From positions 96,001 through 160,000 of the forward strand of contig CAWCVB010000006.1 of assembly GCA_963798915.1 (NCBI GenBank): a stretch of 64,000 nt of DNA, written 5' to 3'. Origin of the DNA: an uncultured Gemmatimonadales bacterium (lineage in GTDB: Bacteria > Gemmatimonadota > Gemmatimonadetes > Gemmatimonadales > GWC2-71-9). The notes under the pieces are model-generated. The model saw nothing but the letters and a program-made list of their open reading frames with translations, was not told where the DNA came from and ran no database searches. Both the position numbers and the translations under genes were made by a program. Numbering within the stretch: position 1 is the first letter of the stretch; the number at the start of each line of letters is the position of its first letter. This document shows positions 17,385-27,967 of this stretch, piece by piece.

Positions 17385-19859
17385 TTACGCCTTCTGGCTG
17401 GTCAGGGCGCGAAATACGAGGCGTTCCTTGTCTTCGGAGACGTCCACCTCGATCTCATCGCCGCGGCTGATCTCGCCCAGCAGGATCTTCTCGCTGAGCG
17501 GGTCTTCGATGTGCCGTTGGATGGCGCGGCGCAGCGGCCGGGCGCCGAAGTTCTGGTCGTAACCCTTTTCAACGAGGAAGTCGAGCGCGGCCGGCGTGAG
17601 GCGGACCTCGTCGCCCAGGCGCCGCTGCACCTCGCGCAGCAGGATCGTGACAATCTTGGCAATGTGCTCCCGATCGAGCGGATGGAAGACGATCATGTCG
17701 TCGAGCCGGTTGAGGAACTCGGGGTTGAAGACCCGGTTGAGCTCGTCCTTGATCCGTTCCTGCATCCGCTCGAAGTCCTGGCTCGCGTCGCCGCCGTGGA
17801 AACCGAGGCTCTTGCCCGACATGATGTCGCGCGCCCCGACGTTGGACGTCATGATCACGACCGTGTTCTTGAAGTCGATGATCCGGCCATAGTTGTCGGT
17901 GAGGTGCCCCTCGTCCAGGACCTGCAGCAGGATATTGAAGACGTCCGGATGCGCCTTCTCGATCTCGTCGAGCAGCACCACCGAATAGGGCTTCCGCCGC
18001 ACGGCCTTGGTGAGCGCACCGGAATCTTCATAGCCGACGTATCCCGGGGGCGCCCCGATGAGGCGGCTCACCGAGAACTTCTCCATGTACTCGGACATGT
18101 CGACCCGGATCAGCGCCGAGGCATCGGCAAACAGGAAGCGAGCAAGCGCCCGTGCGAGCTCGGTCTTGCCGACGCCGGTGGGCCCGCAGAAAATGAACGA
18201 GCCAATGGGACGGTTGGGGTCCTTCAGCCCAGCGCGCGAGCGCCGGATGGCCCGGGACACGACCTTGATGGCCTCGTCCTGTCCCACCACCGCCTCATGA
18301 ATTTCGTCCTCCATGCGGAGCAGCCGGGTGGCCTCGGCCTCCTGCAGGCGCGTCACCGGAATGCCGGTCCAGCGGGAAACGATGAAGGACACGGCCTCCT
18401 CGTCAATGACGGGACGGCGGGTCTGGCGCTCCTTCTCCCATTCCTCATTGGCCTGGCGGATGCGGCCCTGCAGCTCGCGCTCCTGGTCCCGAAGCGATGC
18501 GGCCCGCTCGAAGTTCTGATCCCGGACGGCCTCCTCCTTCTGGAGGTTGACCTTCTCGAGATCGGCCTTGAGGTCCGCGATCTGGGGCGGCGGCGCCTGC
18601 GAGGCGAGCCGCGCCCGAGCGCCGGCTTCATCAATGACGTCAATGGCCTTGTCGGGCAGGAAGCGATCGGTGATATAGCGTTCGGACAGCTCCGCCGCCG
18701 CCTCGAGGGTGGGATCGGGGATTTCCACCCGATGGTGCTCTTCGTATTTCTTGCGGAGCCCCTTGAGGATTTCGACGGTTTCCGGCACGCTCGGTGGCTC
18801 GACCATCACGGTCTGGAAGCGCCGCTCGAGGGCGCCGTCCTTCTCGATGTACTTGCGGTACTCATTGAGCGTGGACGCGCCGACGCACTGGAGTTCTCCG
18901 CGAGCGAGGGCCGGCTTGAGCATGTTGCTGGCGTCGATGGCGCCTTCCGCGGCGCCGGCGCCAACCAGGGTGTGGAGCTCGTCGATGAACAGGATGATAT
19001 TCTTGTTCTGCGCGATCTCGTTCATCACCGCCTTGAGCCGCTCCTCGAACTGGCCGCGATACTTCGTGCCTGCTATTACGGCGGCCATGTCCAGCGACAA
19101 CACGCGATGGTCGCGCAGCACGTCGGGACACTGGCTGTTGGCGATCAACAGCGCCAAGCCCTCGACGATTGCGGTCTTGCCAACGCCCGGCTCACCGATC
19201 AGGACCGGATTGTTCTTCTTGCGCCGCGCCAGGATCTCCATGACGCGCTCGATTTCCTTGGCACGGCCAATGGTCGGATCCAGCTGGCCCTCGGCGGCGA
19301 GCTGAGTCAGGTCGCGGCAGAAGTGATCCAGCGCCGGCGTCTTGCTCTTCTTTTCGGCCTTGGGCTGCGACGCCTGCTGCGGCGGCGCGCCGCCCGCGCT
19401 CGCCGGCTGCGGCATGTCGCTGCCCAGCAGCCGTAACGTCTCGGCGCGACTGGCTTCCAGGCTGACGCCAGCATCGGTGAGCACCTGCGCGGCGATGCCC
19501 TTCTCCTCGCGGAGCAGGCCGAGCAGGAGGTGCTCGGTACCCACATAGGAGTGATTGAGCTCGCGCGCTTCGGTCATGGCGAGCTCGAGCACCTTCTTGG
19601 CGCGGGAGGTGTACGGCAGGTCGGGGCCAGCCGCCGCGGCAGCTTTCCCCTTCTTGACGGTTTCCTCGATCTTCTGCTGGATGTCGTCCAGGTCCACATT
19701 CAGGTTCTGGAGCACCGCGGCGGCGACCCCTTCGCCCTCGCGGATCAGGCCGAGGAGAATATGCTCGGTGCCCACATACTCGTGGTGAAGGCGAGCCGCC
19801 TCCTCCCGCGCCATCTGCAGGACTTTCCGAACCCGATCAGTAAAATTGTAGCCGTTCAT
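17385..19859 (-). CDS. clpC: ATP-dependent Clp protease ATP-binding subunit ClpC
   Basis: Double Clp-N ([18 protein letters not shown]), Walker A GEPGVGKT and [11 protein letters not shown]-type middle domain, LGF ClpP-docking loop. Confidence 0.96.
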   Translation of the reverse strand: MNGYNFTDRVRKVLQMAREEAARLHHEYVGTEHILLGLIREGEGVAAAVLQNLNVDLDDIQQKIEETVKKGKAAAAAGPDLPYTSRAKKVLELAMTEARELNHSYVGTEHLLLGLLREEKGIAAQVLTDAGVSLEASRAETLRLLGSDMPQPASAGGAPPQQASQPKAEKKSKTPALDHFCRDLTQLAAEGQLDPTIGRAKEIERVMEILARRKKNNPVLIGEPGVGKTAIVEGLALLIANSQCPDVLRDHRVLSLDMAAVIAGTKYRGQFEERLKAVMNEIAQNKNIILFIDELHTLVGAGAAEGAIDASNMLKPALARGELQCVGASTLNEYRKYIEKDGALERRFQTVMVEPPSVPETVEILKGLRKKYEEHHRVEIPDPTLEAAAELSERYITDRFLPDKAIDVIDEAGARARLASQAPPPQIADLKADLEKVNLQKEEAVRDQNFERAASLRDQERELQGRIRQANEEWEKERQTRRPVIDEEAVSFIVSRWTGIPVTRLQEAEATRLLRMEDEIHEAVVGQDEAIKVVSRAIRRSRAGLKDPNRPIGSFIFCGPTGVGKTELARALARFLFADASALIRVDMSEYMEKFSVSRLIGAPPGYVGYEDSGALTKAVRRKPYSVVLLDEIEKAHPDVFNILLQVLDEGHLTDNYGRIIDFKNTVVIMTSNVGARDIMSGKSLGFHGGDASQDFERMQERIKDELNRVFNPEFLNRLDDMIVFHPLDREHIAKIVTILLREVQRRLGDEVRLTPAALDFLVEKGYDQNFGARPLRRAIQRHIEDPLSEKILLGEISRGDEIEVDVSEDKERLVFRALTSQKA

Positions 19860-19891
19860 TCCTGGTGTCTCGCCTTCCGCCATCGCCCGGA

Positions 19892-20974
19892 CTAGCCGCG
19901 ACGCTCCACGTCATCTTCGAGCACCCTGCGGACCAGCGCGGCGCGGCGAAGCGCTAACGCGGGATCTCCGAGGGGCAGGTTTTCAGCCACGGCCAGGTGG
20001 GCCGGCTGCGACTGGATCAGCAACTTGTTCAGCGTGTACATGCCGATGCCGGGAATCAATCCCAGCCCGACGCCCAGCCGGACGCCGCTCAGCAGGTTCA
20101 TGGCCTCATCGAAGGACAACGTCCGGGCATAGCGTAGCAAACCATAAGCTCGCCAGACCTTGTCCTCGATGACCGTGGGCGCGCTGTGCAGGAGCACCTG
20201 GCGGGCCTGTTCCTCGTATTCGATGACCTGACGCACGACCCGGGCCAGATGATCCAGCAAGTCGGTCTCGCTCTTGCCAAGCGTTGTCTGGTTGGACAGC
20301 TGGAAGAAGTTGCCCACGACCTCGCTGCCCTCGCCATACAACCCACGGAACGTCAGCCCGACCTGAGCCAGCCCCTGCAGGACCCGGGTGACTTCCTTGG
20401 TCAGCACAAGGCCGGGAAGATGGATGAGGACGGATGCACGGAGGCCGGTGCCGACGTTGGTCGGACACGCCGTAAGATAACCGAACTCCGGATGGAACGC
20501 GAAGCCAAGATGGCGTCCCAGCTCGCTGTCCAGGCGGTCCACTTCGGCGTAGGTCTCCGCCAGTACAAACCCGGAATGGAGCCCCTGCAGGCGGAGATGA
20601 TCTTCCTCGTTCAGCATGACTCCGATGCGGCCCTGGTGGAGCAACGCCGCGCCGTAGCGCACCCGTCCGGCTGGCTCCAGGCCGGCCAGTTCCTTGCTGA
20701 TGAGGTGGCGCTCGTGGAGCAGCTGGCGGTCGGGCTCATCCAGCTGATCAAGCCGAAAACTGACAGCGTGCCCCAGCAGGATCGTCTCCAGGGCTGCCTG
20801 CTCTACCGCGCGGAGGATGCGCTCGCGCTCGGCGTCCCCGGTGCGCCCCTGAAAGGGAAACGATGCCAGGTTCCTGGCCAGCCGGACGCGAGTCGAGAGC
20901 ACCAGATGGCTCTGGGGCCCGCTGGCATCCAGCCAGCCCATGCCCCCATCCGCCATCAGTGAGAGATCGATCAT
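19892..20974 (-). CDS. mcsB: Protein arginine kinase McsB
   Basis: STRVRLARNL, NEEDHLR, GYLTACPTNVGTGLRAS; lies between mcsA and clpC. Confidence 0.94.
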   Translation of the reverse strand: MIDLSLMADGGMGWLDASGPQSHLVLSTRVRLARNLASFPFQGRTGDAERERILRAVEQAALETILLGHAVSFRLDQLDEPDRQLLHERHLISKELAGLEPAGRVRYGAALLHQGRIGVMLNEEDHLRLQGLHSGFVLAETYAEVDRLDSELGRHLGFAFHPEFGYLTACPTNVGTGLRASVLIHLPGLVLTKEVTRVLQGLAQVGLTFRGLYGEGSEVVGNFFQLSNQTTLGKSETDLLDHLARVVRQVIEYEEQARQVLLHSAPTVIEDKVWRAYGLLRYARTLSFDEAMNLLSGVRLGVGLGLIPGIGMYTLNKLLIQSQPAHLAVAENLPLGDPALALRRAALVRRVLEDDVERRG

Positions 20975-21441
20975 TGGCGAAGCCGGTCCCTGAGCTCGGC
21001 CGCGAGCTCGAAGTTCTCGGTCTCAACCGCGAGGCGGAGCCGCTCCCGCAGGTCTTCCTCCGCGCTCGGCGTGGCGATCGTTCCACGACTGACGTAACGC
21101 TCGCCGACATGGACGGTCGATCCGTGCAGCCGCCGCACCAGCTCCCGCAGCGGGGCCTCGAACGCCGTCCAGCATTCGGCGCAGCCGAGCCGGCCAGTCT
21201 CGCGGAAATTGGCAAAGGTGGCGCCGCAACCGGGACAGCGCTCCAGCGCGCCGTCCGGCGGCGCTTCCGAGTCGCCAATGGCGGCGAGAAAGCTCCCCAA
21301 GGGCGTCTTCCCGGCCGGGGGTGGCTCGACACCTCGTTCAGCGGCGCAACGTTCGCACAGATGCACGGTCGTGACCTGAGCATCCTCGATTTGCGTCAAG
21401 TGGACGACCGCGTCCCGCTCACCGCAATTTTCACAGATCAT
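20971..21441 (-). CDS. mcsA: McsB activator McsA
   Basis: CENC, CERC, CPGC, GRLGCAECW, HVG, UVR motif ENFELAAELRD. Confidence 0.93.
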   Translation of the reverse strand: MICENCGERDAVVHLTQIEDAQVTTVHLCERCAAERGVEPPPAGKTPLGSFLAAIGDSEAPPDGALERCPGCGATFANFRETGRLGCAECWTAFEAPLRELVRRLHGSTVHVGERYVSRGTIATPSAEEDLRERLRLAVETENFELAAELRDRLRQ

Positions 21442-22142
21442 GATGGCATGCCCTCCCATCCCGGGTGGGGTACCAGCAGGCCGCTCTCCATGGACAGGAT
21501 GCGCTCGGCGCGTCCGGCGAACTCCCGGTTGTGCGTCACCACCACAATGGCCGTGTCGAGCTCGCGTGCGAGCCGAGTAAAGAGCACATGCAGCTGATCC
21601 GCGTGGTGATAATCCAGGTTGCCGCTGGGTTCGTCCGCCAGCAGCAGCACCGGCGACATGGCCAGCGCTCGGGCCACGGCCACACGTTGCTGTTCCCCGC
21701 CCGACAATTGCGCCGGGCGATGGGCCAGGCGGGTGGCCAATCCCAAACCGTCCAGCAATGTCGCCGCCCGATCGCGGGCGTCCGTCGTGGCCCGGCCCGC
21801 GATCAGCATCGGCATCATCACGTTCTCCAGCGCCGAAAATTCACGCAGCAGGTGATGAAACTGGAAGACGAATCCTATCTGATGGTTGCGCAGGGCGGCA
21901 AGCTCTACCGGGTCCAGGTCATCATAGGCTACGCCATTGAGCCGGACTCGTCCCGCCGTCGGCCGGTCCAGCGCCCCAAGCAGCTGCAGCAACGTGCTCT
22001 TCCCGGCGCCACTGGCGCCGACGACCGCTACGAACTCGCCTCGAGCCACATCGAGGTCGACACCGGCCAGCACTTCGATCGGCTCACCATCGCCCCCGAG
22101 AAAGATGCGGCGCAAGCCGCTTGCCTCAAGGATGGGCGTCAT
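21438..22142 (-). CDS. lolD: Lipoprotein-releasing ABC transporter ATPase LolD
   Basis: GASGAGKST, GFVFQFHHLL, LSGGEQQRVAVARAL, ADEPSGNLD; coupled to lolC/E. Confidence 0.9.
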   Translation of the reverse strand: MTPILEASGLRRIFLGGDGEPIEVLAGVDLDVARGEFVAVVGASGAGKSTLLQLLGALDRPTAGRVRLNGVAYDDLDPVELAALRNHQIGFVFQFHHLLREFSALENVMMPMLIAGRATTDARDRAATLLDGLGLATRLAHRPAQLSGGEQQRVAVARALAMSPVLLLADEPSGNLDYHHADQLHVLFTRLARELDTAIVVVTHNREFAGRAERILSMESGLLVPHPGWEGMPS

Positions 22143-23425
22143 TCGTGACGGATCGCTTCCACCGGCGTCAGGCCGGCGGCTGACCACGAGGGGTATATCG
22201 TGGCCACCACCGCCAGCAGCACGCTGGCCGCGACCACCACTGCCACATCGAGGGGCTGGGTGCGCACCGGCAAGTGGTCAATGAAATAGATTGACGGATC
22301 AATCCGGATCATGCCGGACGAATCGACGATGTAGGAGATACCGAGCCCGAGCACCAGCCCGACGGCGGTTCCCGCGAGGCCGATGATGGCGCCCTGCAGC
22401 AGGAAGATCCGGCCGATGGCAGGCGGCGTCAGGCCCATGGCACGGAGAATCCCGATCTCCCGGGTCTTCTCGGAGACGACCATGGTCAGCGAGCCGACAA
22501 TATTGAACGCCGCCACGACCATGATAAAGAAGATGATCAGGCCCATCGCAAGCTTTTCGAGCTGCAGGGCACTGAAGAGACTCGAGTTCTGCGCCTGCCA
22601 GTCGAGGGCCCGGAACGGGTACCGGAGTTCGTCCTCCAGGCGCCGGCCGACTGCCGGCGCGTCGTCGGGCTCGCGGACCCGTACCGCGATGCTGGAGACA
22701 GCGTCGCCCAGTCCGGTGAATTGCTGGGCCGTGGCCAGTGACATCACTACGAACTGGTTGTCGTACTGGAACATTCCTGTGTTGAACAGGCCGGTGACCT
22801 CGAAGCGCCAGAACCGCGGGGTCGCCACGCCCAGTGCCCGGTTCACCTTGGCGGCCGTAGGCGGGATCAGGGTGATGACATCGCCGGTGAACGCATTGAT
22901 GCGGGAGGCGAGTCGCTCGCCCAGGAGGATCGCTCCATCCACACTGTCGACGGTGGTCCGGAATGAGAGGTCTCCCCGGACCAGCGATGACGGCAGCGAC
23001 GTGACCGAGCGGCGTCCAGTATCGGGGTCAACACCCAGGACGTTCACTGCCTCCGCGTAGTCCGCCCCCTTGGTGATCACCGTCTGGGAGATGACCTCGG
23101 GCGCAGCCGCCACGACGTCGGGATCGCGACGGATCCGGCTGACCACGTCGCGCCAGTCGTCCACCCGAAGCCCTGCACCGTAGGTCAGGACCCGCAGGTG
23201 CGGACTGGCCACCAGGATGCGGTCGCGCAAGTCGTTGCGAAGGCCGTTCATGACACCAAGGACGACGATCAGCGCCATGACGCCCACAGTGACGCCGCCA
23301 ACCGAAATCAGGGTATTCAGGGACGCGCCGCGCCGCGCGCGGCGGCCCCGCAGGTAGCGCGCAGCGATCCGGCGCTCCAGCGCGGAGGGCCAGCGGAAGA
23401 GCGAAAAGAGCCCCCCGCCCGTCAT
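22139..23425 (-). CDS. lolC: Lipoprotein-releasing ABC transporter permease LolC/E
   Basis: IAARYLRG, GVMALIVVLGVMNG, EKTREIGILRAMG, PVEAIRHE. Confidence 0.88.
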   Translation of the reverse strand: MTGGGLFSLFRWPSALERRIAARYLRGRRARRGASLNTLISVGGVTVGVMALIVVLGVMNGLRNDLRDRILVASPHLRVLTYGAGLRVDDWRDVVSRIRRDPDVVAAAPEVISQTVITKGADYAEAVNVLGVDPDTGRRSVTSLPSSLVRGDLSFRTTVDSVDGAILLGERLASRINAFTGDVITLIPPTAAKVNRALGVATPRFWRFEVTGLFNTGMFQYDNQFVVMSLATAQQFTGLGDAVSSIAVRVREPDDAPAVGRRLEDELRYPFRALDWQAQNSSLFSALQLEKLAMGLIIFFIMVVAAFNIVGSLTMVVSEKTREIGILRAMGLTPPAIGRIFLLQGAIIGLAGTAVGLVLGLGISYIVDSSGMIRIDPSIYFIDHLPVRTQPLDVAVVVAASVLLAVVATIYPSWSAAGLTPVEAIRHE

Positions 23426-24939
23426 CCATCTTCCGGGCGCATGGCCGGAAAGAGGATAACGTCGCGAATCGATGCCGAGCCGGTCAGCATCATCACCAAC
23501 CGGTCGATGCCGAGGCCCAGCCCGCCCGCTGGTGGCATGCCATACTCGAGCGCCCGAATGTAGTCCTGGTCATAGGGCTGGGTCTCGTCGTCACCCGACT
23601 CCCGCTGGCGGACCTGGTCCTCGAACCGGGCGCGCTGGTCGTCCGGATCATTGAGTTCGCTGAAGGCGTTGGCCCACTCGGTACCATTCACGATCAGCTC
23701 GAAGCGTTCGACCAGGCGTGGATCGTCGCGGTGAACTTTGGCGAGCGGTGAGAGGGCCTTCGGATGGTCCAGCACGAAGGTCGGCTGCACCAGCGATGCT
23801 TCGACGCTGACCTTGAAGAGTTCGTCCTGCAGCTTGGCGCCTCCCCACGGCGACGACTCGCCGGTCGGCACACCCAGCCGCGCCAGCGCCTCCCGCATCG
23901 ATACATCATCAGCGCTACGCACATCCACGCCGGTTCGCTCCAGGATGGCGTCGACGAAGCGCACCCGGGCGAATGGCGGCGAAAAATCATAGGTCTGGCC
24001 GTCGCGTTCGATGGTGGAGCCGCCCGAGGTCGTTCGGACAACACCAGCGACCAGCGCCTCGCACAGCTCCATCATGCCGTGGTAGTCCGTGTAGGCCTGG
24101 TAGAGCTCCAGCATGGTGAATTCCGGGTTGTGCGTCCGATCCATTCCCTCATTGCGGAAGTCATGCCCGATCTCGTACACCCGTTCAAATCCGCCCACCA
24201 GCAGCCGCTTGAGGTAGAGTTCGTCCGCAATGCGCAGATAGAGCGGCATGTCAAGCGCATTGTGATGCGTCACGAACGGCCGCGCCGCGGCGCCCCCGTA
24301 CAGGGGCTGCAGCACCGGGGTCTCCACTTCCAGAAAACCGCGTCCGTCGAGGAAACCCCGGATCCAGGTCAACGCGCGCGCGCGCGTCCGGAAGACTTCA
24401 CGGACATCCTGGCGAACGGCGAGATCAGCATAGCGCTGTCGATAACGCACTTCGGGATCGACGAGCCCGCCGTGGAGAATTTCTCGCCCCTCGACCAGCT
24501 GGCTCTTGCCCCGCGGCAGCGGGCGAAGCGACTTGCTGAGGATGACAATCGACGCGGCCCGGATGGTGATCTCGCCGGTCCGGGTGCGGAAAAGGCTGCC
24601 CGTAACGCCGACATGGTCATCGAGGTCCAGCAGCGCAACCAGTGGCCATTGGTCTCCCAGCGCGTCCTGACGCAGGTACGCCTGGATCCGTCCGGACGCG
24701 TCTTCCAGGTGCGCAAACGCCGTCTTGCCCTGGGACCGCAGCGAGACGATCCGCCCCGCCACGACGACCGAGGGCCCGGCTTCACCGAGGCTGTCGTCCC
24801 ACGCTGCCAGGGCAGCGGCGGCACTGTGAGTCCGGTCAAAGCGGTAGGCGAATGGAAGGATGCCCATGGCGGCGATCGCGTCGCGCTTGGCGCGCCGGTG
24901 CGTCTCGATGTAGCCCGGGTTCTCCACCTGGTCGGTCAC
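23422..24939 (-). CDS. lysS: Lysine--tRNA ligase (class II)
   Basis: YRQRYADL, GGAAARPFVTHHNAL, YLRIADELYLKRL, FRNEG, HNPEF, GLGLGIDRL. Confidence 0.97.
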   Translation of the reverse strand: MTDQVENPGYIETHRRAKRDAIAAMGILPFAYRFDRTHSAAAALAAWDDSLGEAGPSVVVAGRIVSLRSQGKTAFAHLEDASGRIQAYLRQDALGDQWPLVALLDLDDHVGVTGSLFRTRTGEITIRAASIVILSKSLRPLPRGKSQLVEGREILHGGLVDPEVRYRQRYADLAVRQDVREVFRTRARALTWIRGFLDGRGFLEVETPVLQPLYGGAAARPFVTHHNALDMPLYLRIADELYLKRLLVGGFERVYEIGHDFRNEGMDRTHNPEFTMLELYQAYTDYHGMMELCEALVAGVVRTTSGGSTIERDGQTYDFSPPFARVRFVDAILERTGVDVRSADDVSMREALARLGVPTGESSPWGGAKLQDELFKVSVEASLVQPTFVLDHPKALSPLAKVHRDDPRLVERFELIVNGTEWANAFSELNDPDDQRARFEDQVRQRESGDDETQPYDQDYIRALEYGMPPAGGLGLGIDRLVMMLTGSASIRDVILFPAMRPEDG

Positions 24940-26040
24940 GCGGCTGTCCCCCCGAACTGCTTCAGATACGCCTCGATGAACTGCTCAAGATCGCCATCCA
25001 TCACACGCTGGACGTCGGTCACCTTCACTTCGGTGCGATGATCGTTCACCATGGTGTAGGGCTGGAAGACATATGACCGGATCTGGTTGCCCCAGGAGAT
25101 GTCGGTCTTGGTGGCCTCAACCGCGGCCTTTGCCGCCTGCTGCTCCTCCAGCTTCCGCTGGTAGATGGCCGCACGCAGCATCTTCATGGCCGTATCCTTG
25201 TTCTTGTGCTGGCTGCGCTCCTGCTGGCACGAGACGACCAGGCCGGTCGGGATATGGGTGAGGCGCACCGCCGATGAGGTCTTGTTGATGTGCTGCCCAC
25301 CCGCGCCCGACGCCCGGAAGACATCCATCTTGATGTCCTCATCGCGCAGGTCCACCTCGATGGTGTCGTCGATGTCAGGGTACACGAAGACGGAGGCGAA
25401 GGAGGTATGGCGACGGGCCTGCGAATCATACGGCGAGATGCGGACCAGGCGGTGCACGCCTTTCTCAGCCTTCAGGAACCCATAGGCGTACTCGCCGGTG
25501 ATTTCCACCGTGGCGGACTTGATGCCGGCTTCCTCACCGGCGACCATGTCGAGCACACGGACGCCGAAGCCCTTCCGTTCCGCCCAGCGCACGTACATCC
25601 GCATGAGCATCTCGGCCCAGTCCTGCGACTCGGTGCCGCCGGCACCCGGATGGATCGTGAGCAGCGCGTCACGCCGATCGTCGGTCCCACGCAGCATGGT
25701 CTTGAGCTCAAAGCCGGCGACCCGTTCGCCAAGCCGGACGACTTCCGCCTCCAGCTCGCCCTGCATGGATTCATCCGGTTCCGTGGCGAGCAGCTCTGCC
25801 ATCTCCCGGGCAATGGTGACGCGCCCGTCGATTTCCTCGAACGGCGTCACCCACCCCTTGAGCTGCTTGACCTCCTGTACCAGTTGACGCGCACGCTCCT
25901 GATTGGTCCAGAAGGCCGGATCGGCCTGCTGTGCCTCGAGATCGGCAATGCGGGCGCGCTTGGCGTCCAGGTCAAAGAAAACCTCGAAGTTCGGCCACAC
26001 GCGTGGCGAGGTCGGCGATCAGCTCGGTCAGGTCGGGCAT
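24936..26040 (-). CDS. prfB: Peptide chain release factor 2 with programmed +1 frameshift
   Basis: ATG 26040 gives MPDLTELIADLATRVAELRGFL then CTT-TGA-C (25977-25971); +1 frame continues DLDAK...; GGQ, RHTSF, WGNQIRSYV, anticodon-mimic SPY. Confidence 0.96.
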
Positions 26041-26058
26041 CTATGCTCCCAGTCAGCT

Positions 26059-26101
26059 AAAACGTGAGCCGCCTGTCCGCCCGGCGGCGGAGAGGCGGCT
26101 C
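26059..26101 (-). terminator. Terminator-like hairpin between the zinc-ribbon gene and prfB
   Basis: GAGCCGCCT-C-TCCGCC / GGCGGA-C-AGGCGGCTC followed by ACGTTTT. Confidence 0.55.
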
Positions 26102-26125
26102 CGGGTTTCCCAAAGATAGACCGCC

Positions 26126-26956
26126 CTAGAAGATCTGGCGACCGTCCGCAAGAATTTCATTCAGTGCGTCGTGGAAATGTGTCGTCGAATCGGCGATCTC
26201 CTTGCCGACCTGGTCCACATACTCCTCCCAGCTCTTCTTGATTTCCTCATCGAACAACGTCTTCAGACTCCCGTCCCGCAGACCCTCCCGTCGCTTGGCC
26301 GGGTGGTAGACCACCATGTCGGAAATGAGCGCGCGAGCGAGCCGCCGCGCCTTCTGGGACGGATCCTGGGAAAGAAATGGATTGACGGCCCGTCGCGGCT
26401 CAGGCGCGGGCCCACGCGGTGCCGCCGGCGGTGCGGCCGGTCGGGGCGGCACACCAGCGGGACGGGGCATGGCGGGCGGCGGCGCCATCGGCCGCGCCGG
26501 TGCCGCCGAAAAGCCCTCCGCGCGGCCCGGAGTGGCAATCGGCGGTCGCGGCGCCGCAGCCGCCGGCCTCGGCGGCTCAACAGGCGGCTCGGGGCGCGGA
26601 GCCGGCCGCGGTGGCTCCGGTGGCGGGGCCGGACGCTCAGGCGCGGCGGCCGCGGGCGGCTGCGCGGCCGTCGGCGCTGGTGGCGCCTGCATCGCGGCTG
26701 GCTCGACCCTGGGCTCCCGCGCGACCGGCGGTGGCGCAGGCGCCGAGAGCACCGGCTCGAGCGCATCACCGGAGGGACCGGCGGTCGGAACGGCAGCCGG
26801 AAATCTGGGGGCGTCGCCCCCCGACGCGGGCGCTGCCTCGCGACTGACCGGAAAGATGGCGCTGCAGACGGCGCATCGCGCCCGCACGCCCTGCTCCGGC
26901 ACCTTGGCCGGATCGACCCGGTACATGGTGGCACAATTGGGGCACGTCACATTCAT
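26126..26956 (-). CDS. MJ0042-type zinc-ribbon protein with Pro/Ala-rich linker and helical C-terminal domain
   Basis: MNVTCPNC...RARCAVC, long P/A/R-rich tract, C-terminal KARRLARALISDMVVYHP...SWEEYVDQVG. Confidence 0.85.
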   Translation of the reverse strand: MNVTCPNCATMYRVDPAKVPEQGVRARCAVCSAIFPVSREAAPASGGDAPRFPAAVPTAGPSGDALEPVLSAPAPPPVAREPRVEPAAMQAPPAPTAAQPPAAAAPERPAPPPEPPRPAPRPEPPVEPPRPAAAAPRPPIATPGRAEGFSAAPARPMAPPPAMPRPAGVPPRPAAPPAAPRGPAPEPRRAVNPFLSQDPSQKARRLARALISDMVVYHPAKRREGLRDGSLKTLFDEEIKKSWEEYVDQVGKEIADSTTHFHDALNEILADGRQIF

Positions 26957-26966
26957 CGCTGATTCC

Positions 26967-27935
26967 TCATCGCTGTTCCCGCCGCCCAGCACCGTCCCCG
27001 CTCTGCCGCCGGTCGACCACGAAGATCGAGCCTGGCAGGGTCTTGGCGTAACTCTTCATTTCAGTGGCAAGCTCACTGACCTGGGCCGGATGCATGAATT
27101 GCCGGTGCCGGTTGGTCACAATGCCGATCGACAGCGTCATGAGTGGCACCCGATGGAGCTGGCCCCGCCGATCCTTGCCGAAGAAGTAACCGGCCCGGCG
27201 ATCCTGCTCATTGTACTGGAGCGGGATCAATGTGTCGAAGACCGAGAGGACTTCGGTGCAGACATTGTGGATCTCGCCTCCGGGGATGACGAAGATGAAA
27301 TCATCACCGCCGATATGACCGACGAAGCCACTGCGCCCCGTCATGCCCTTCACCACGTCGTGAAGGATGCGCGACAGCAGGTAGATGACCCGGTCGCCGT
27401 CATAGTAGGAGTAGCGGTCGTTGAACTCCTTGAAATGATCGAGGTCGGCGTAACAGACCGCAAACTCGCCGGTCTGTTCCAGCCGGCGGCGTATCTCACG
27501 CTCGATCTCGGTGGTGCCTGGCAGCCGGGTGGAGGGATGCACGGAGACATCCCGCTCGGTGCGAAGCGACATCGCCGAGATGCGTGCCTCCTGCTCGGCC
27601 AGCGAGAAGAGTCCGGTGAGGACTTCATCGGCACCGGCCCGGAACCAGGCCTCGACCGATTCGGCCTCATGCGTGGCGATCAGGGCGGTCACTGGCACGA
27701 TGGCGGTGAACGCATCGCTCTTGAGCCGTGCAACCAGCTCGACGCCGGCGGAGCCGGAGGCGTCGGCGTTCACCACCAGGATGCCCGGGTGGCCGCGAAG
27801 GATGATTGACTCGACTTCGTCGGCCGAGCTGAACTGCTTGACCGGCAACGCCTGCTGCTGCGCCCAGCGCTCGATCAGCGCGGGGACGGGGCCGCCATCC
27901 GGCGAAAAGAAGAGAATCGTCGGGCGAGTCCGCAC
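26967..27935 (-). CDS. Atypical receiver-like domain plus GGDEF domain (putative diguanylate cyclase)
   Basis: YADLDHFKEFNDRY...GD, GHIGGDDF, LSIGI; N-terminal REC-like segment ending AGADEVL. Confidence 0.85.
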   Translation of the reverse strand: MRTRPTILFFSPDGGPVPALIERWAQQQALPVKQFSSADEVESIILRGHPGILVVNADASGSAGVELVARLKSDAFTAIVPVTALIATHEAESVEAWFRAGADEVLTGLFSLAEQEARISAMSLRTERDVSVHPSTRLPGTTEIEREIRRRLEQTGEFAVCYADLDHFKEFNDRYSYYDGDRVIYLLSRILHDVVKGMTGRSGFVGHIGGDDFIFVIPGGEIHNVCTEVLSVFDTLIPLQYNEQDRRAGYFFGKDRRGQLHRVPLMTLSIGIVTNRHRQFMHPAQVSELATEMKSYAKTLPGSIFVVDRRQSGDGAGRREQR

Positions 27936-27967
27936 CCAGTCCCTCAGGTAAGAGACGAAATCACGCT

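Noticed and set aside
17346..19436. 696-aa plus-strand ORF
   Set aside because: Antisense shadow of clpC, typical of high-GC codon bias; no motifs. The same applies to long antisense ORFs over the TPR gene, lysS, cax and fhs.
25971..25977. In-frame TGA in prfB as a selenocysteine codon or pseudogene lesion
   Set aside because: The downstream RF2 sequence is in the +1 frame and the context is the canonical RF2 frameshift site.
26380..26830. Very GC-rich quasi-repetitive DNA as a repeat element
   Set aside because: Explained by the Pro/Ala/Arg-rich linker of the zinc-ribbon protein.
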